In this document: positions 22,922-32,000 of the stretch, one piece after another | How the letters are laid out: each line of letters opens with the position of its first letter | Numbering within the stretch: position 1 is the first letter of the stretch | Origin: Heyndrickxia ginsengihumi | GTDB lineage: Bacteria > Bacillota > Bacilli > Bacillales > Bacillaceae_C | NCBI RefSeq assembly: GCF_011008565.1 | Contig: NZ_JAAIWK010000003.1 | Location: forward strand, 1,300-33,299 | DNA length: 32,000 nt | Direction of reading: 5' to 3' | Position numbers and translations under genes: made by a program | Notes under the pieces: model-generated | The model's database searches: none | What the model saw: only the letters and a program-made list of their open reading frames with translations | Told to the model about the DNA's origin: nothing

Positions 22922-25090
22922 ATGGAACAAACACATTTAGCACATAAATCCGATACATCACAGAAGAGGTTAACGTTGCAGGGGCGGCAAGGGAATCCTG
23001 CATGGGAAAGGCCCGCACTTATCATATTATTGGTCATCACAGCAATTGCATACATATGGGGTCTTAATAAATCTGGATGGTCGAATTCATTTTATAGTGC
23101 CGCTGTTCAGGCGGCAACGAAGAGCTGGAAGGCTTTCTTCTTCGGGTCAATCGACTCAGCAAATTTTATTACAGTAGATAAACCGCCTGCTTCGCTTTGG
23201 GTGATGGATTTGTCAGCACGGATATTTGGTCTTAACTCATGGAGTATTCTTGTTCCTGAAGCACTTGAAGGAATAGCATGTGTATGGATTCTTTATCTGG
23301 CTGTTCGTCGCTGGTTTAGTGCGGGTGCAGCTCTTCTTGCTGGCGCAGTGCTTGCAATCACGCCAGTAGCAGCACTTATGTTTCGTTTTAATAACCCTGA
23401 TGCACTATTAGTGCTGTTGCTTACAGCGAGTGCCTATTCTTTTATACGGGCACTTGAGGAAGGAAAGACAAAGTGGCTTGTCTGGTCATCCGTACTAATT
23501 GGTTTTGGATTTTTGACGAAGATGTTAGCAGCATTCTTTGTTATACCAGGTTTCGTATTTGTTTATCTTTTATTTGCTCCTGTTTCAGTACGAAAACGAA
23601 TAGTGCAAATTATTATCAGTGCGATTACCGTCATAGTATCAGCAGGCTGGTGGGTGGCTATTGTTGAGCTTATACCAGCTTCTGCCCGCCCCTTTATCGG
23701 TAGTTCTCAAAAAAACAGTATTCTTGATCTTATTTTTGGTTACAACGGATTAGGCCGTCTTACTGGGAATGAATCCGGTATGGGAGGAAATGGCGGAGGC
23801 AGAACAGGCGCTGGTATGAGTGCCTTTGGCGGTAACACCGGTTTGACACGGCTTTTTAATTCTGAAATGGGCGGACAAATTTCTTGGTTGATTCCCGCTG
23901 CGCTCATTCTTTTCCTTGTTTCGCTGTGGTTAATCCGTCGTCAATGGAGAAGTCATCGTGCATTCCCAGCTCTTCTTATGTGGGCTGCTACATTTTTTAT
24001 AACTGGTATCTTGTTTAGTTTTGGCTCTGGAACGATTCACCAGTATTACACAATCGCTCTTGCGCCATCAATCGGTGCTATCATCGGTATTGCTGTAGAA
24101 GTTCTCTGGCAGCGGCGTGAAGAATGGATGAGTCGTCTCGCTTTAGCGGTTGCCACCTTATCAACAGCCATTTGGGCTTTTGTTTTACTGTATCGTACAC
24201 CGACTTGGTTGCCGGTATTACGTACTGCTATTTTAATCATTGGTATTATTGCTGCCGTTGCGATTTTGTTTGGATCAACGCTTAATCGCAAGTTGGCTAA
24301 CGGAGCTGCAGTAGCCGCAATCGTCGCTTGTTTAGCAGGTCCTTTAGCATACACGATACAAACGATTAGCACAGCTCATACTGGTTCAACACCTACTGCT
24401 GGTCCGACAATCACGAACGCCGGTTTCCGCGGTAATTTTGGAGGAAATCAAGGGCCATCTGGCTATAACTCTGGTCATTCAAATGGAGATCAACCGCAAA
24501 TGCCAAGTTCTAACAATTCAAATGGAGATCAACCGCAGATGCCAAGTTCCAGCAATTCGAATGGAGGACAACCGCAAATGCCAGGATCCTACAGTGCTGA
24601 GAAAAATGGAAACACGAACCGCACTGGATTTCATGGGGGCTTTGAATCAACACCAAGCAAGACTATCGTTAAATTGCTAAAACAACATGCTTCAAAATAC
24701 ACATGGGTTGCTGCAACGGTCAGTGCGCAGTCTTCAGCTTCTTACCAACTTGCGACAGATAAAGCAATTATGGATATCGGAGGCTTTACAGGAAGTGATC
24801 CTGCACCAACACTTTCTGAGTTTAAAAAATATGTGAAACAAGGAAAAATTCACTATTTTATTAGTAATGGAAGAGGTTTTGGCCGTGGCATGGGGCAAAT
24901 GGGTGGAAACTTCCCAAATCGTAATAACAATGGAAGCAAAAGCAATAAAAACTTTAAAGGTAACTTCAATGGTCCAATGGGAGGGAATGCAAACGTAAGC
25001 TCATCTATCACTAATTGGGTTCAGAAGAACTTTAAGTCAAAGACAGTTGATGGTGTTACGGTTTATGATTTAACGAAAGCAAAATCATAA
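22922..25090 (+). CDS. GT39-family (ArnT/PMT-like, YkcB-like) membrane glycosyltransferase
   Basis: More than 10 TM helices. First-loop motif ANFITVDKPPASLWVM. C-terminal extracytoplasmic domain ..IGGFTGSDPAPTLSEFKKYVKQGKIHYFI. Start at ATG 22922, 8 nt after GAAAGGA. Forms a pair with the upstream GT2. Confidence 0.85.
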   Translation: MEQTHLAHKSDTSQKRLTLQGRQGNPAWERPALIILLVITAIAYIWGLNKSGWSNSFYSAAVQAATKSWKAFFFGSIDSANFITVDKPPASLWVMDLSARIFGLNSWSILVPEALEGIACVWILYLAVRRWFSAGAALLAGAVLAITPVAALMFRFNNPDALLVLLLTASAYSFIRALEEGKTKWLVWSSVLIGFGFLTKMLAAFFVIPGFVFVYLLFAPVSVRKRIVQIIISAITVIVSAGWWVAIVELIPASARPFIGSSQKNSILDLIFGYNGLGRLTGNESGMGGNGGGRTGAGMSAFGGNTGLTRLFNSEMGGQISWLIPAALILFLVSLWLIRRQWRSHRAFPALLMWAATFFITGILFSFGSGTIHQYYTIALAPSIGAIIGIAVEVLWQRREEWMSRLALAVATLSTAIWAFVLLYRTPTWLPVLRTAILIIGIIAAVAILFGSTLNRKLANGAAVAAIVACLAGPLAYTIQTISTAHTGSTPTAGPTITNAGFRGNFGGNQGPSGYNSGHSNGDQPQMPSSNNSNGDQPQMPSSSNSNGGQPQMPGSYSAEKNGNTNRTGFHGGFESTPSKTIVKLLKQHASKYTWVAATVSAQSSASYQLATDKAIMDIGGFTGSDPAPTLSEFKKYVKQGKIHYFISNGRGFGRGMGQMGGNFPNRNNNGSKSNKNFKGNFNGPMGGNANVSSSITNWVQKNFKSKTVDGVTVYDLTKAKS
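24479..24589 (+). repeat. 39-bp tandem repeat, about 2.8 copies, in-frame within the GT39 gene
   Basis: Units start at 24479, 24518 and 24557 (tcaaatggagatcaaccgcaaatgccaagttc.a.caat). They encode SNGDQPQMPSSNN / SNGDQPQMPSSSN / SNGGQPQMPGS in the Gly/Asn-rich linker. Confidence 0.9.
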
Positions 25091-25145
25091 TAAATCATTT
25101 TTCATTACAGAAAGACTTTTATTTGCAGAGATGTTATGAAATGAC

Positions 25146-25197
25146 AAAGAGACTCCATTCTGATTAAATTTTCTCAAAATGGAGTCTCTTTTTGTTT
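25146..25197. terminator. bidirectional terminator between the convergent GT39 and MFS genes
   Basis: Perfect 13-bp stem AAAGAGACTCCAT (25146-25158) / ATGGAGTCTCTTT (25179-25191). TTTTTGTTTG follows on the + side and a T-rich tail on the - side. Confidence 0.8.
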
Positions 25198-25214
25198 GTA
25201 ATCAGTACTTCACG

Positions 25215-26720
25215 TTATGATTTATCTTGTTTAATATTTTTAGATTCTTTAAGTGTTTGACTTGGTTTTACAGTTTGTTCTGCTTTCTTAGTTTGCAAAA
25301 AGAGGCTCACAATAACGCCGCAGAGCATTAAAATCATTGCAAATGAAAAAGTATCGTGAAATCCGGATGTTGTTGCCTTGATTACTTCTCTTGACCCACT
25401 ATGGTGGAGAAGATGCAGATGATGCGAAATGTTAGATGATAAAACTCCAGACAAAATGGCAACGGCAAACGAACTAAACACCTGTTGGCTAGAATTGGTC
25501 AGTGTTGTTACACGACTGATTAGCTTTGCGGGAGCTGACTTAAGTACATGTGTACCTAACTGCATAGTTGTTAGACCCTGGCCCAATCCCATGAGAGTAA
25601 TCACCCCTGTCATTAAGTACGCATTCGTATTAGGCTGGATGTTGGATAAACAGAATAGTGCAAATGAAAACAAAGCCATTCCTGTGAAAACGACAGGTTT
25701 TACACCATATTTATCAAGTAGCTTTCCGCCGATAAGCATCCCGATAAAGGACATTACCGCTTGGGGAATAATCTGAAGGCCGGCTTCTAATGTAGACAGC
25801 CCTCTAACTTGCTGCAAAAAAACTGGAACAAGTAATGTAGAGCCAAACAACGTCATCCAGTTTAGACAGGTGAGAATCATTCCTTTTGAAAACTCTAGAG
25901 AGCTAAAGCAGCGAAGCTCAATAAGTGGCTCTTGCTGATTCAATTCGATAAAAATGAACAAAATAAGAAGAAAGATTCCTATTACTAATGGAAGAATTGT
26001 ATGGCTATTTGTCCAGCCGTAGGTACTTGTATTATGAACAGAATAGACAAGTGTAGTGAAAGATAATGGCGCAAGGATTGCACCGAGAACATCCAGTTTA
26101 AAGATTCTGTTGGATTTAGAAATCGGAATAAATTTGAGCACTAAACATAAAGCAATAATGCCAATAGGCAGGTTAATTCTAAATATCCAATGCCAATTAA
26201 AGTATTGTAAAAAATATCCGGACAAGATCGGCCCGAGTATAGGGGAAACGAGCATTGGAAGACCTAGTATCCCCATGATGGATCCCCGTTTATCTGGAGG
26301 AGCAACGGTAAAAGAAACAGCCATGCAGATTGGTGCAATCATTCCTCCGCTAAGTCCTTGAATAACCCGGAACGTAATTAATTGTGCCGCCGTTGCAGCG
26401 ATTGAACATAAAATGGAACTGATTGTGAATGCAATGATACATACGGTCAATACCCACTTAGCTTTAAACCGGTCTGAAAACCATCCTGCCAGTGGGATGA
26501 CGGCAGATAGTGCAAGCGTATAACCAGTGATGGCCCATTGAATCGTTTTTAAATCTGTATGGAGCGTCTTTTCAAGACTTGGTAGAGCAATATTCATCAC
26601 TGTACTATCAAGCATAACTAGTAGCATAGTGACGACAAGTGCAAACAGAATGGGGAGGATGTTGCGAATGGAAAATTCCTCTGAATTAGATAATACATGA
26701 TTTGACATGTTAACATACAC
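25215..26720 (-). CDS. MFS drug/H+ antiporter, DHA2 (14-TMS, EmrB/QacA-like)
   Basis: About 500 aa with 14 hydrophobic segments. LDSTVMNIALPS (motif D1-like), GWFSDRF.AK (motif A) and QGLSGGMIAP (motif C). The start is ambiguous: GTG 26720 or ATG 26708. Confidence 0.85.
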   Translation of the reverse strand: MYVNMSNHVLSNSEEFSIRNILPILFALVVTMLLVMLDSTVMNIALPSLEKTLHTDLKTIQWAITGYTLALSAVIPLAGWFSDRFKAKWVLTVCIIAFTISSILCSIAATAAQLITFRVIQGLSGGMIAPICMAVSFTVAPPDKRGSIMGILGLPMLVSPILGPILSGYFLQYFNWHWIFRINLPIGIIALCLVLKFIPISKSNRIFKLDVLGAILAPLSFTTLVYSVHNTSTYGWTNSHTILPLVIGIFLLILFIFIELNQQEPLIELRCFSSLEFSKGMILTCLNWMTLFGSTLLVPVFLQQVRGLSTLEAGLQIIPQAVMSFIGMLIGGKLLDKYGVKPVVFTGMALFSFALFCLSNIQPNTNAYLMTGVITLMGLGQGLTTMQLGTHVLKSAPAKLISRVTTLTNSSQQVFSSFAVAILSGVLSSNISHHLHLLHHSGSREVIKATTSGFHDTFSFAMILMLCGVIVSLFLQTKKAEQTVKPSQTLKESKNIKQDKS

Positions 26721-26753
26721 GACCTTTCGTTTGAATGTTTATAAAAAACAAAA

Positions 26754-26877
26754 TTCTAACAATGTTAGAATGGTGGTTAAAAAATAGTTGTACTTAATTT
26801 CGTATTCTAACATTGTTAGGTAAGATGTTATCATGAATTTAAGAAGGTGTAAACAATTAATTCTAACATCGTTAGAC
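26754..26877. promoter_or_regulatory. three copies of a TTCTAACA-N-TGTTAGAA operator palindrome in the divergent MFS/TetR promoter region
   Basis: Op1 26754-26770 TTCTAACAATGTTAGAA (perfect 8-bp arms). Op2 26805-26821 TTCTAACATTGTTAGGT. Op3 26861-26877 TTCTAACATCGTTAGAC. The candidate MFS promoter (minus strand) is TTTACA 26853-26848, 17 nt, TAACAT 26830-25, which puts Op2 at the transcription start. The candidate TetR promoter is TTAGAC 26872-77, 18 nt, TATAAT 26896-901, and overlaps Op3. Confidence 0.7.
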
Positions 26878-26929
26878 ATTATCATGATTTTAACATATAA
26901 TGAATGTGCAAAAGGATGGGGGGCTTCTA

Positions 26930-27601
26930 TTGACAAGTAAAGATGAAATGCGTATTACAAAGAAAAAAATTATTGATGCCTCATGGGATTTATTAAGAGA
27001 TGAAGGTATTGAAGGATTTACGATGAGAAAGCTGGCTGAAAAGATTAATGTCCGGGCTGCTTCCCTATACTATCATTTCAAGAGTAAGCAGAGCATTTTC
27101 CAAGTTCTTGCAGACCAAGTTGCAAAAGAAACCTTAATATCCACTAGTAATGAGGGCAGCTGGAAAGAACAGCTACACCAATTTGCGTTGAACCTGCATA
27201 AACATTTAAAGGAATTTCCTTGCTCTGCTCAGCTTTTAATGCAGACAGTGCCACTAGAACATAATTATCTTAGTCTGATCAATTATTTATTAAATATTAT
27301 TGATCAAGTACCGATCAGTGATCAGAAAAAGTTTTCTTCAGTAATATGTTTGCTTAACTATGTCATTTCCTTTGAAGTTGATCTATATGAGCAAAACAAA
27401 GTCAATAAGATTATGGAAAAAGAAGGGCAGGATACTAGAGAGTTATTCCGTCAGTCCATTGAAAATTTGCAAAGTGTAAATAAGAATGTCTTGCAACGAA
27501 TACATCAAAACCAGTTTCTTAGTGAGATGGGTTCAGAACAAATGTTTCAAACTGGATTAACAATACTGATTTTAGGAATCGAACAGTTGGCGAAAGAATA
27601 A
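26930..27601 (+). CDS. TetR/AcrR-family transcriptional repressor
   Basis: N-terminal HTH FTMRKLAEKINVRAASLYYHFKSK. The track ATG 26900 overlaps the TATAAT -10, so the start is more likely TTG 26930 (after AAAGGATGGGGGG) or ATG 26948. Confidence 0.8.
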   Translation: MTSKDEMRITKKKIIDASWDLLRDEGIEGFTMRKLAEKINVRAASLYYHFKSKQSIFQVLADQVAKETLISTSNEGSWKEQLHQFALNLHKHLKEFPCSAQLLMQTVPLEHNYLSLINYLLNIIDQVPISDQKKFSSVICLLNYVISFEVDLYEQNKVNKIMEKEGQDTRELFRQSIENLQSVNKNVLQRIHQNQFLSEMGSEQMFQTGLTILILGIEQLAKE

Positions 27602-27664
27602 TAAGTTTTCGACTTGAATGAGTGTTGTCCCAGCCTCCACTTTTCGTATTACAACATTTGTAAA

Positions 27665-28030
27665 TTACGACTGTTGGTGCATTTCCGTATACCTCTTTAA
27701 TTTATAATCGACAAGGGCAAGTGCATCATCGATTTGCTTACGTTGTTTTAATAATTTTTCCCGCTGTTTGCTTATTATTTTTTGACGCTGGTTGAGAGAA
27801 AGAATCGGGTCATTTATATCTAGGGAAAATATGTTGATTAAGTCTTCCACACTCATACCTGTTGCACGGAAGCATTGGATCATTTCTAATGTATAGATGT
27901 CTTTTTCTGAAAACTGGCGGTATCCATTTTTATCTCGTTGTAGCTGAGGCACAAGACCGAGTTTATCATAGTAACGGATAGTAGCAACGGGCATATTTAA
28001 TTGTTCAGATACTTGTTTTATCGTTTTCAT
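27665..28030 (-). CDS. MerR-family transcriptional regulator
   Basis: HTH MKTIKQVSEQLNMPVATIRYYDKLGLV plus a coiled coil. Start at ATG 28030, 6 nt after AGGTGAG; the track ATG 28036 abuts the SD. Confidence 0.85.
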   Translation of the reverse strand: MKTIKQVSEQLNMPVATIRYYDKLGLVPQLQRDKNGYRQFSEKDIYTLEMIQCFRATGMSVEDLINIFSLDINDPILSLNQRQKIISKQREKLLKQRKQIDDALALVDYKLKRYTEMHQQS

Positions 28031-28157
28031 TATCATCTCACCTGCTGATCAATAGATTTCTAGTTTGGTAAGGATACTTTCCAAAAGAAAAAACTCATGA
28101 GGGAGCTTCGTTTCATAAAGCGAAGCATCGCTCATAAGCTGTTGCATGTGCGTTGAA

Positions 28158-29144
28158 TTAGATAGCAAAGCTGACACCGGTATAAGCTTCGCTAAGCTTC
28201 CATAACCGCTCGGCAAAACACGGATTGATGGCCCAAGGACGAACACCTGCAGGGTCTAAACTATCTTCAGGTACTGCTTTGGCAATATCAACATCTTCAC
28301 AATATACTCCACCAAGTCCATTTAGCTGTGGACTAACAGCGCACCAAACACTTGTAGCGGCACCTTGTGCAATTGTTTTAAACTCTGCCGGTTGTTCATT
28401 GGATACAGGTTTACCATCTTCGTCTAATATAGGCTTTGGACCGAATTCTTCCTTTGAAAGATCACGACCAAGGTTTGTATCAGGGATGAGACCTGGATGA
28501 ACAGAAAATGCACGTACACCATCCTCTTTCCCACGTTTATCTAGCTCCAAAGCAAATAATATATTCGCTGTTTTCGACTGAGCATAGCCTTTCCATTTAT
28601 CATATTTTTTATGTTCGAAATTTGGATCATCAAAGTCAACACCACCAAGCCGATGACCACGTGAGGAAACGGCTACGACCCGTGCGCCATTAGCCTGCTT
28701 TAAAGCCGGCCACAATCTCGCTGTCAGTTGAAAATGCCCAAGATGATTCGTTGAAAATTGGGATTCATAGCCGCGGGCATCGCGTCTAAGCGGAGGGGCC
28801 ATTATTCCCGCGCTATTAATAAGCATATGCAATGATCGGTTGGTTTCAAGAAATCGTTCAGCAAAGGCGTCGATAGAGGCAGGGTCCATTAAATCCATCG
28901 TATCCAGTTCTACATTTGGGAGATCTTTCAGTGCTTCACGTCCTTTTTCCAGCGTGCGTACAGGGACAATAACAGTTGCACCGGCGTTGGCGAGAACACG
29001 TGTAGTTTCAAGACCAATACCGGAATATCCTCCTGTAACAATGGCAATTTTTCCTTTTAAATCTATCCCTTTGATGACATCTTCGGCAGTTGTTGTAGCA
29101 TCGTAACCTGAATAAATGGGTATTTGAGGTGTAAATTCTTTCAT
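28158..29144 (-). CDS. short-chain dehydrogenase/reductase (SDR) family oxidoreductase
   Basis: Rossmann motif TGGYSGIG, NSAG, catalytic S...Y..SK (YAQSK). 328 aa of the retinol-dehydrogenase/WWOX-like class. SD AAAGGAG. Confidence 0.85.
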   Translation of the reverse strand: MKEFTPQIPIYSGYDATTTAEDVIKGIDLKGKIAIVTGGYSGIGLETTRVLANAGATVIVPVRTLEKGREALKDLPNVELDTMDLMDPASIDAFAERFLETNRSLHMLINSAGIMAPPLRRDARGYESQFSTNHLGHFQLTARLWPALKQANGARVVAVSSRGHRLGGVDFDDPNFEHKKYDKWKGYAQSKTANILFALELDKRGKEDGVRAFSVHPGLIPDTNLGRDLSKEEFGPKPILDEDGKPVSNEQPAEFKTIAQGAATSVWCAVSPQLNGLGGVYCEDVDIAKAVPEDSLDPAGVRPWAINPCFAERLWKLSEAYTGVSFAI

Positions 29145-29310
29145 TGTTTTTTCGCTCCTTTTCGATAATCAGTGCTGTGCAAAAGATTCATTTTATTAAG
29201 GGAATGCGTTCATGCTTTTTCTCCATATCTTTCTCTATATGTGAAGAACGCATACTTAATCGTGGGATTAAAAATGGCCATGAACATTCCTTAAAGATTA
29301 AGTATGATTG

Positions 29311-29341
29311 TAGTATAAAGGTTAAAGTACACTTCATAGCA
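29311..29341 (-). promoter_or_regulatory. candidate MerR-type promoter (19-bp spacer) upstream of the SDR-MerR pair
   Basis: Minus strand reads TTGCTA-TGAAGTGTACTTTAACCTT-TATACT, with the same -10 hexamer and 19-nt spacing as at 12359-12389. The dyad in the spacer is weak, and the site is about 165 nt upstream of the SDR ATG. Confidence 0.3.
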
Positions 29342-29412
29342 AGAAATAAACTCAAACCATATAGGCTCTTTTCTAAAAGATTATGTTGGGAAATTTTTTA
29401 AAGGGAGAGGCA

Positions 29413-29440
29413 GGTTTCTGCTTCGGGATGCTCGCTTTAA
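29413..29440 (+). repeat. copy C of the short dispersed intergenic repeat
   Basis: ggtttctgcttcgggatgctcgctttaa preceded by AAGGGAG. Aligns with copy B at 21558-21585. Confidence 0.35.
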
Positions 29441-29459
29441 TCAATAGTGTGAACCGATG

Positions 29460-29503
29460 AAAAACGAAAGCTAACCTCAAAGGTTGTTTTTTGAGGTTAG
29501 CTT
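29460..29503 (-). terminator. intrinsic terminator of the aldo/keto reductase gene
   Basis: Perfect 14-bp stem AAGCTAACCTCAAA (29468-29481) / TTTGAGGTTAGCTT (29490-29503). On the minus strand it is followed by TCGTTTTT. Confidence 0.85.
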
Positions 29504-29511
29504 GTTATAGT

Positions 29512-30357
29512 TTAAAATTCTTCATAAATAGCAGGATCTTGATTGTTAATTCTGCCATCAGGACGGGTTAATCCTGTAATCATACTCATTTCTGTTTCAT
29601 CCAATGAAAAATCGAAAATTGATATATTTTCCAGTTGTCGTGCAGGAGATGCGGATTTAGGAATTGGAATGGCTCCAAGTTGATAATGCCAGCGCAAAAT
29701 CACTTGTGATACTGTCTTATGATGACGGTCGGCAATTTTTTTAATCGTTTCATTTTCTAAAACGGCATTTGCGCGAGCTAGCGGACTCCAAGATTCTGTC
29801 TTAATATTATGTTCTTCATGCCAGCTTCTTTGTTCTGCTTGGTTAAAGAATGGGTGTAACTCTATTTGGTTAATGCTTGGTTTAATACCTGTTTCTTTCT
29901 CTAAACGTTCGATATGTTCAGGCAGGAAGTTACAAACACCAATGGAACGGATGAATCCCCATTTTTTAGCATCAATTAAAGCTTGCCATGCCTCCACATA
30001 GTTATCTTGCTTTGGGTTAGGCCAATGGATAAGATATAAATCATAATAATCAAGATTTGCCCGATATAATGACTCCTGAATGGTGGTAACAGCCTTATCA
30101 TAAGTTTGATACCGGCCAGGTAATTTAGATGTAATAAATAGTTTTTCCCTTGGCACAGAAGATCGTCTAACAGCTTCACCGACTGTTCCTTCATTTTCAT
30201 AGTTATAAGCAGAATCAATTAATCGATAGCCGATGTCAATTGCATGTTTAATAGCATTGGCACCTTCATTCCCATTCAGGCTATATGTACCAAATCCGAT
30301 AGCGGGCAAAGTAACCCCATCATTCAATGTGACTTCTGGAATAATTTGACTCATCAT
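29512..30357 (-). CDS. aldo/keto reductase (YtbE/YvgN/DkgA-like)
   Basis: 281 aa. GFGTY, IDSAYNYENE (catalytic D/Y), SKL (K), LIHWP (H), IPKS. The start may be the second ATG at 30354. Confidence 0.9.
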   Translation of the reverse strand: MMSQIIPEVTLNDGVTLPAIGFGTYSLNGNEGANAIKHAIDIGYRLIDSAYNYENEGTVGEAVRRSSVPREKLFITSKLPGRYQTYDKAVTTIQESLYRANLDYYDLYLIHWPNPKQDNYVEAWQALIDAKKWGFIRSIGVCNFLPEHIERLEKETGIKPSINQIELHPFFNQAEQRSWHEEHNIKTESWSPLARANAVLENETIKKIADRHHKTVSQVILRWHYQLGAIPIPKSASPARQLENISIFDFSLDETEMSMITGLTRPDGRINNQDPAIYEEF

Positions 30358-30491
30358 AAAACACTCCTTTCAATGTTATTATAAAATAAATAAAATTATT
30401 TGAATAATATAGCGGTTTGGAATAGGTGAATATACAGTATTTTTAAAATTTGGCGAGGAAGATGCCATTTTATGATAAATGAATAACAAGT

Positions 30492-31058
30492 TTATAAAAG
30501 CAATAGCATTCTAGTACCTAAAAGAATTAAAAAAATACCGCTAATGCATTCCCCATATGCCCCTATAAAGCGATGGGTTTTTTTGCCGATTAAAAAGCCA
30601 GTACATGCAAGGATCAAGTTTACGAGACCAAAAATAAGGCAGGTAGACAGGGGGCGTTCTCCGTATGCTCCTAAACTTAGACCAATTGAAAAACTATCAA
30701 AACTAAGTCCTAAAGCAAATATCAGTAGCTTTCCTCCTTGAGGCAGTGTAGAAGCCTCTCTTGCTTTCCTTTTATCGAAAAATTCCAGTATCATTTGAAA
30801 ACCGAAAAAGATTAAAATGGCACCTCCGGAAATAGATGCGATGCTTTTAAATTGATTTGATAACATACTGCCAATTTGTATACCAATAAAGGGCATGAAG
30901 GCATGGAAGAGACCGATGTTCAAACTGATTCTCAATATTGTTTTAAAACTAGGATGTGTCATTCCCATTGCTAAGCATAATGAAAATGCATCGAGGCTGA
31001 GCGCTAAAGCAAGAGAGGTTAGACCAATGTAGTTGCCGATTAAGCCATTGCTTATCAT
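30492..31058 (-). CDS. mntP: manganese efflux pump MntP family (DUF204, YwlD-like)
   Basis: 188 aa with 6 TM segments. Duplicated LSLDAFS / LSFDSFS motifs are characteristic of MntP. SD GGAGG 9 nt upstream. Confidence 0.8.
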   Translation of the reverse strand: MISNGLIGNYIGLTSLALALSLDAFSLCLAMGMTHPSFKTILRISLNIGLFHAFMPFIGIQIGSMLSNQFKSIASISGGAILIFFGFQMILEFFDKRKAREASTLPQGGKLLIFALGLSFDSFSIGLSLGAYGERPLSTCLIFGLVNLILACTGFLIGKKTHRFIGAYGECISGIFLILLGTRMLLLL

Positions 31059-31504
31059 GGCAGCTTTCCTCCATTTTCTATAATTTAACCAAATAGTATG
31101 TAGGTGCAGTGATGAAGGGTTTAGCGGGTGCTTAATAGGTCAGCTTGTCTATACTTTATTAAGAAGAGTATTCGTTTTATAAAAATTGAAAATGGATGCT
31201 TATCTCGTTGCAAAAAGCTTCGCTACATTATATGTATATCAATGTAAAAATAGGACAACGATCATTGAAAATAGAAATATAGAGGGGATGGATCTCGCCA
31301 TTACAATGATCCCACCTATTCGGAGATAAAGTAAAGCGACTACATTAATTGAAGCAGACCAAAAACCAATGTAAAGTCATCCGCTTTTAACTTAATGAGA
31401 AGAGTGCTTATAATTTTTTTTAGAGTGAGTTTTTAATTGATAAAATGTTATAATTTTCAATAAAGTGATTTCTACAGTTTATGATTTAGCGGGGGGATTT
31501 GGAA

Positions 31505-32000
31505 TTGGAATATATAGAAGCAAATAACAGTATAGGCGAGCAAACACCACAAGGAACTGCAAGTATTGTTCAATCTGAAACATCGAGACGGAAATTTAAT
31601 CATTTAAAGGGCTTATCGATGGTGCTTATTGGTGCCGTTCTTTGGGGAGTCTCAGGAACAGCTGCACAGTTGTTGTTTCAGCGTTTTAATTTTAACTCAG
31701 GTTGGCTCGTAACTGTAAGAATGAGTATTGCTGGATTGCTGCTTTTACTCAGTGTTTCAATTAAATCAGGACCAGCTTATACGATTGCGATATGGAAAAA
31801 CAAGCGGGATGCGATGAAATTAATTCTATTCGCAATCATCGGGTTGCTTGGTGTTCAATATTCTTATTTTGCGGCCATTCAGTATGGAAATGCTGCTACA
31901 GGTACGATACTCCAATATATGGGCCCTATTTTTATTACCGTATATGTGGCATTGCGGCGTCGGCAACTGCCAAGTTTAGTTCAACTAGCATCAGTATTTC
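31505..32000 (+). CDS. EamA/DMT-family transporter, 5' partial (runs off the window)
   Basis: Open frame from TTG 31505 (after GCGGGGGGA; alternative ATG 31619) to the window end. TM-rich sequence: GLSMVLIGAVLWGVSGTAAQ.., QYSYFAAIQYGNAATGTILQYMGPIF. Confidence 0.75.
   Translation, partial: MEYIEANNSIGEQTPQGTASIVQSETSRRKFNHLKGLSMVLIGAVLWGVSGTAAQLLFQRFNFNSGWLVTVRMSIAGLLLLLSVSIKSGPAYTIAIWKNKRDAMKLILFAIIGLLGVQYSYFAAIQYGNAATGTILQYMGPIFITVYVALRRRQLPSLVQLASVF

Noticed and set aside
24438-24680. 80-aa ORF with the repetitive peptide EINRKCQV.. inside the GT39 gene.
   Set aside because: It is an out-of-frame reading of the 39-bp tandem repeat. The in-frame GT39 reading is continuous and family-consistent.
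31059-31260. yybP-ykoY manganese riboswitch expected in the mntP leader.
   Set aside because: The minus-strand leader lacks the conserved GGGGAGUAG, UUGACAUA and GCAAGACC blocks. Only a vague AGACAAGCUGACC similarity is present.

Overview
Low-GC Firmicutes (Bacillaceae-like) chromosomal segment. The left ~8.4 kb carries a vanA-type glycopeptide-resistance cluster, vanR-vanS-vanH-vanA-vanX ... vanZ. Its proteins closely resemble those of Tn1546 as I remember them, but there is no transposase, resolvase or terminal inverted repeat. The vanY position holds only a short remnant of an M15-type VanY plus a frameshifted S11 (PBP-type) DD-carboxypeptidase. The cluster is bracketed by what look like the 5' and 3' halves of one decayed VanZ-like gene, which suggests an old insertion. 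The rest is ordinary core/accessory content: an RlmI-like methyltransferase, cutC, an SRPBCC protein plus MerR regulator, pepC, a small HTH protein plus a FusB-family EF-G-binding protein, a Fur-box-controlled siderophore-type ABC importer (permease, ATPase, lipoprotein), an ABC exporter, a GT2 + GT39 glycosyltransferase pair, a DHA2 MFS pump with divergent TetR and three operator palindromes, an SDR-MerR pair, an aldo/keto reductase, mntP and a partial EamA transporter. I saw no rRNA, tRNA, CRISPR array or intact mobile element. Several ORF-track starts are shortened here on RBS or promoter evidence. All similarity statements come from reading the translations and from memory of reference proteins, not from searches.
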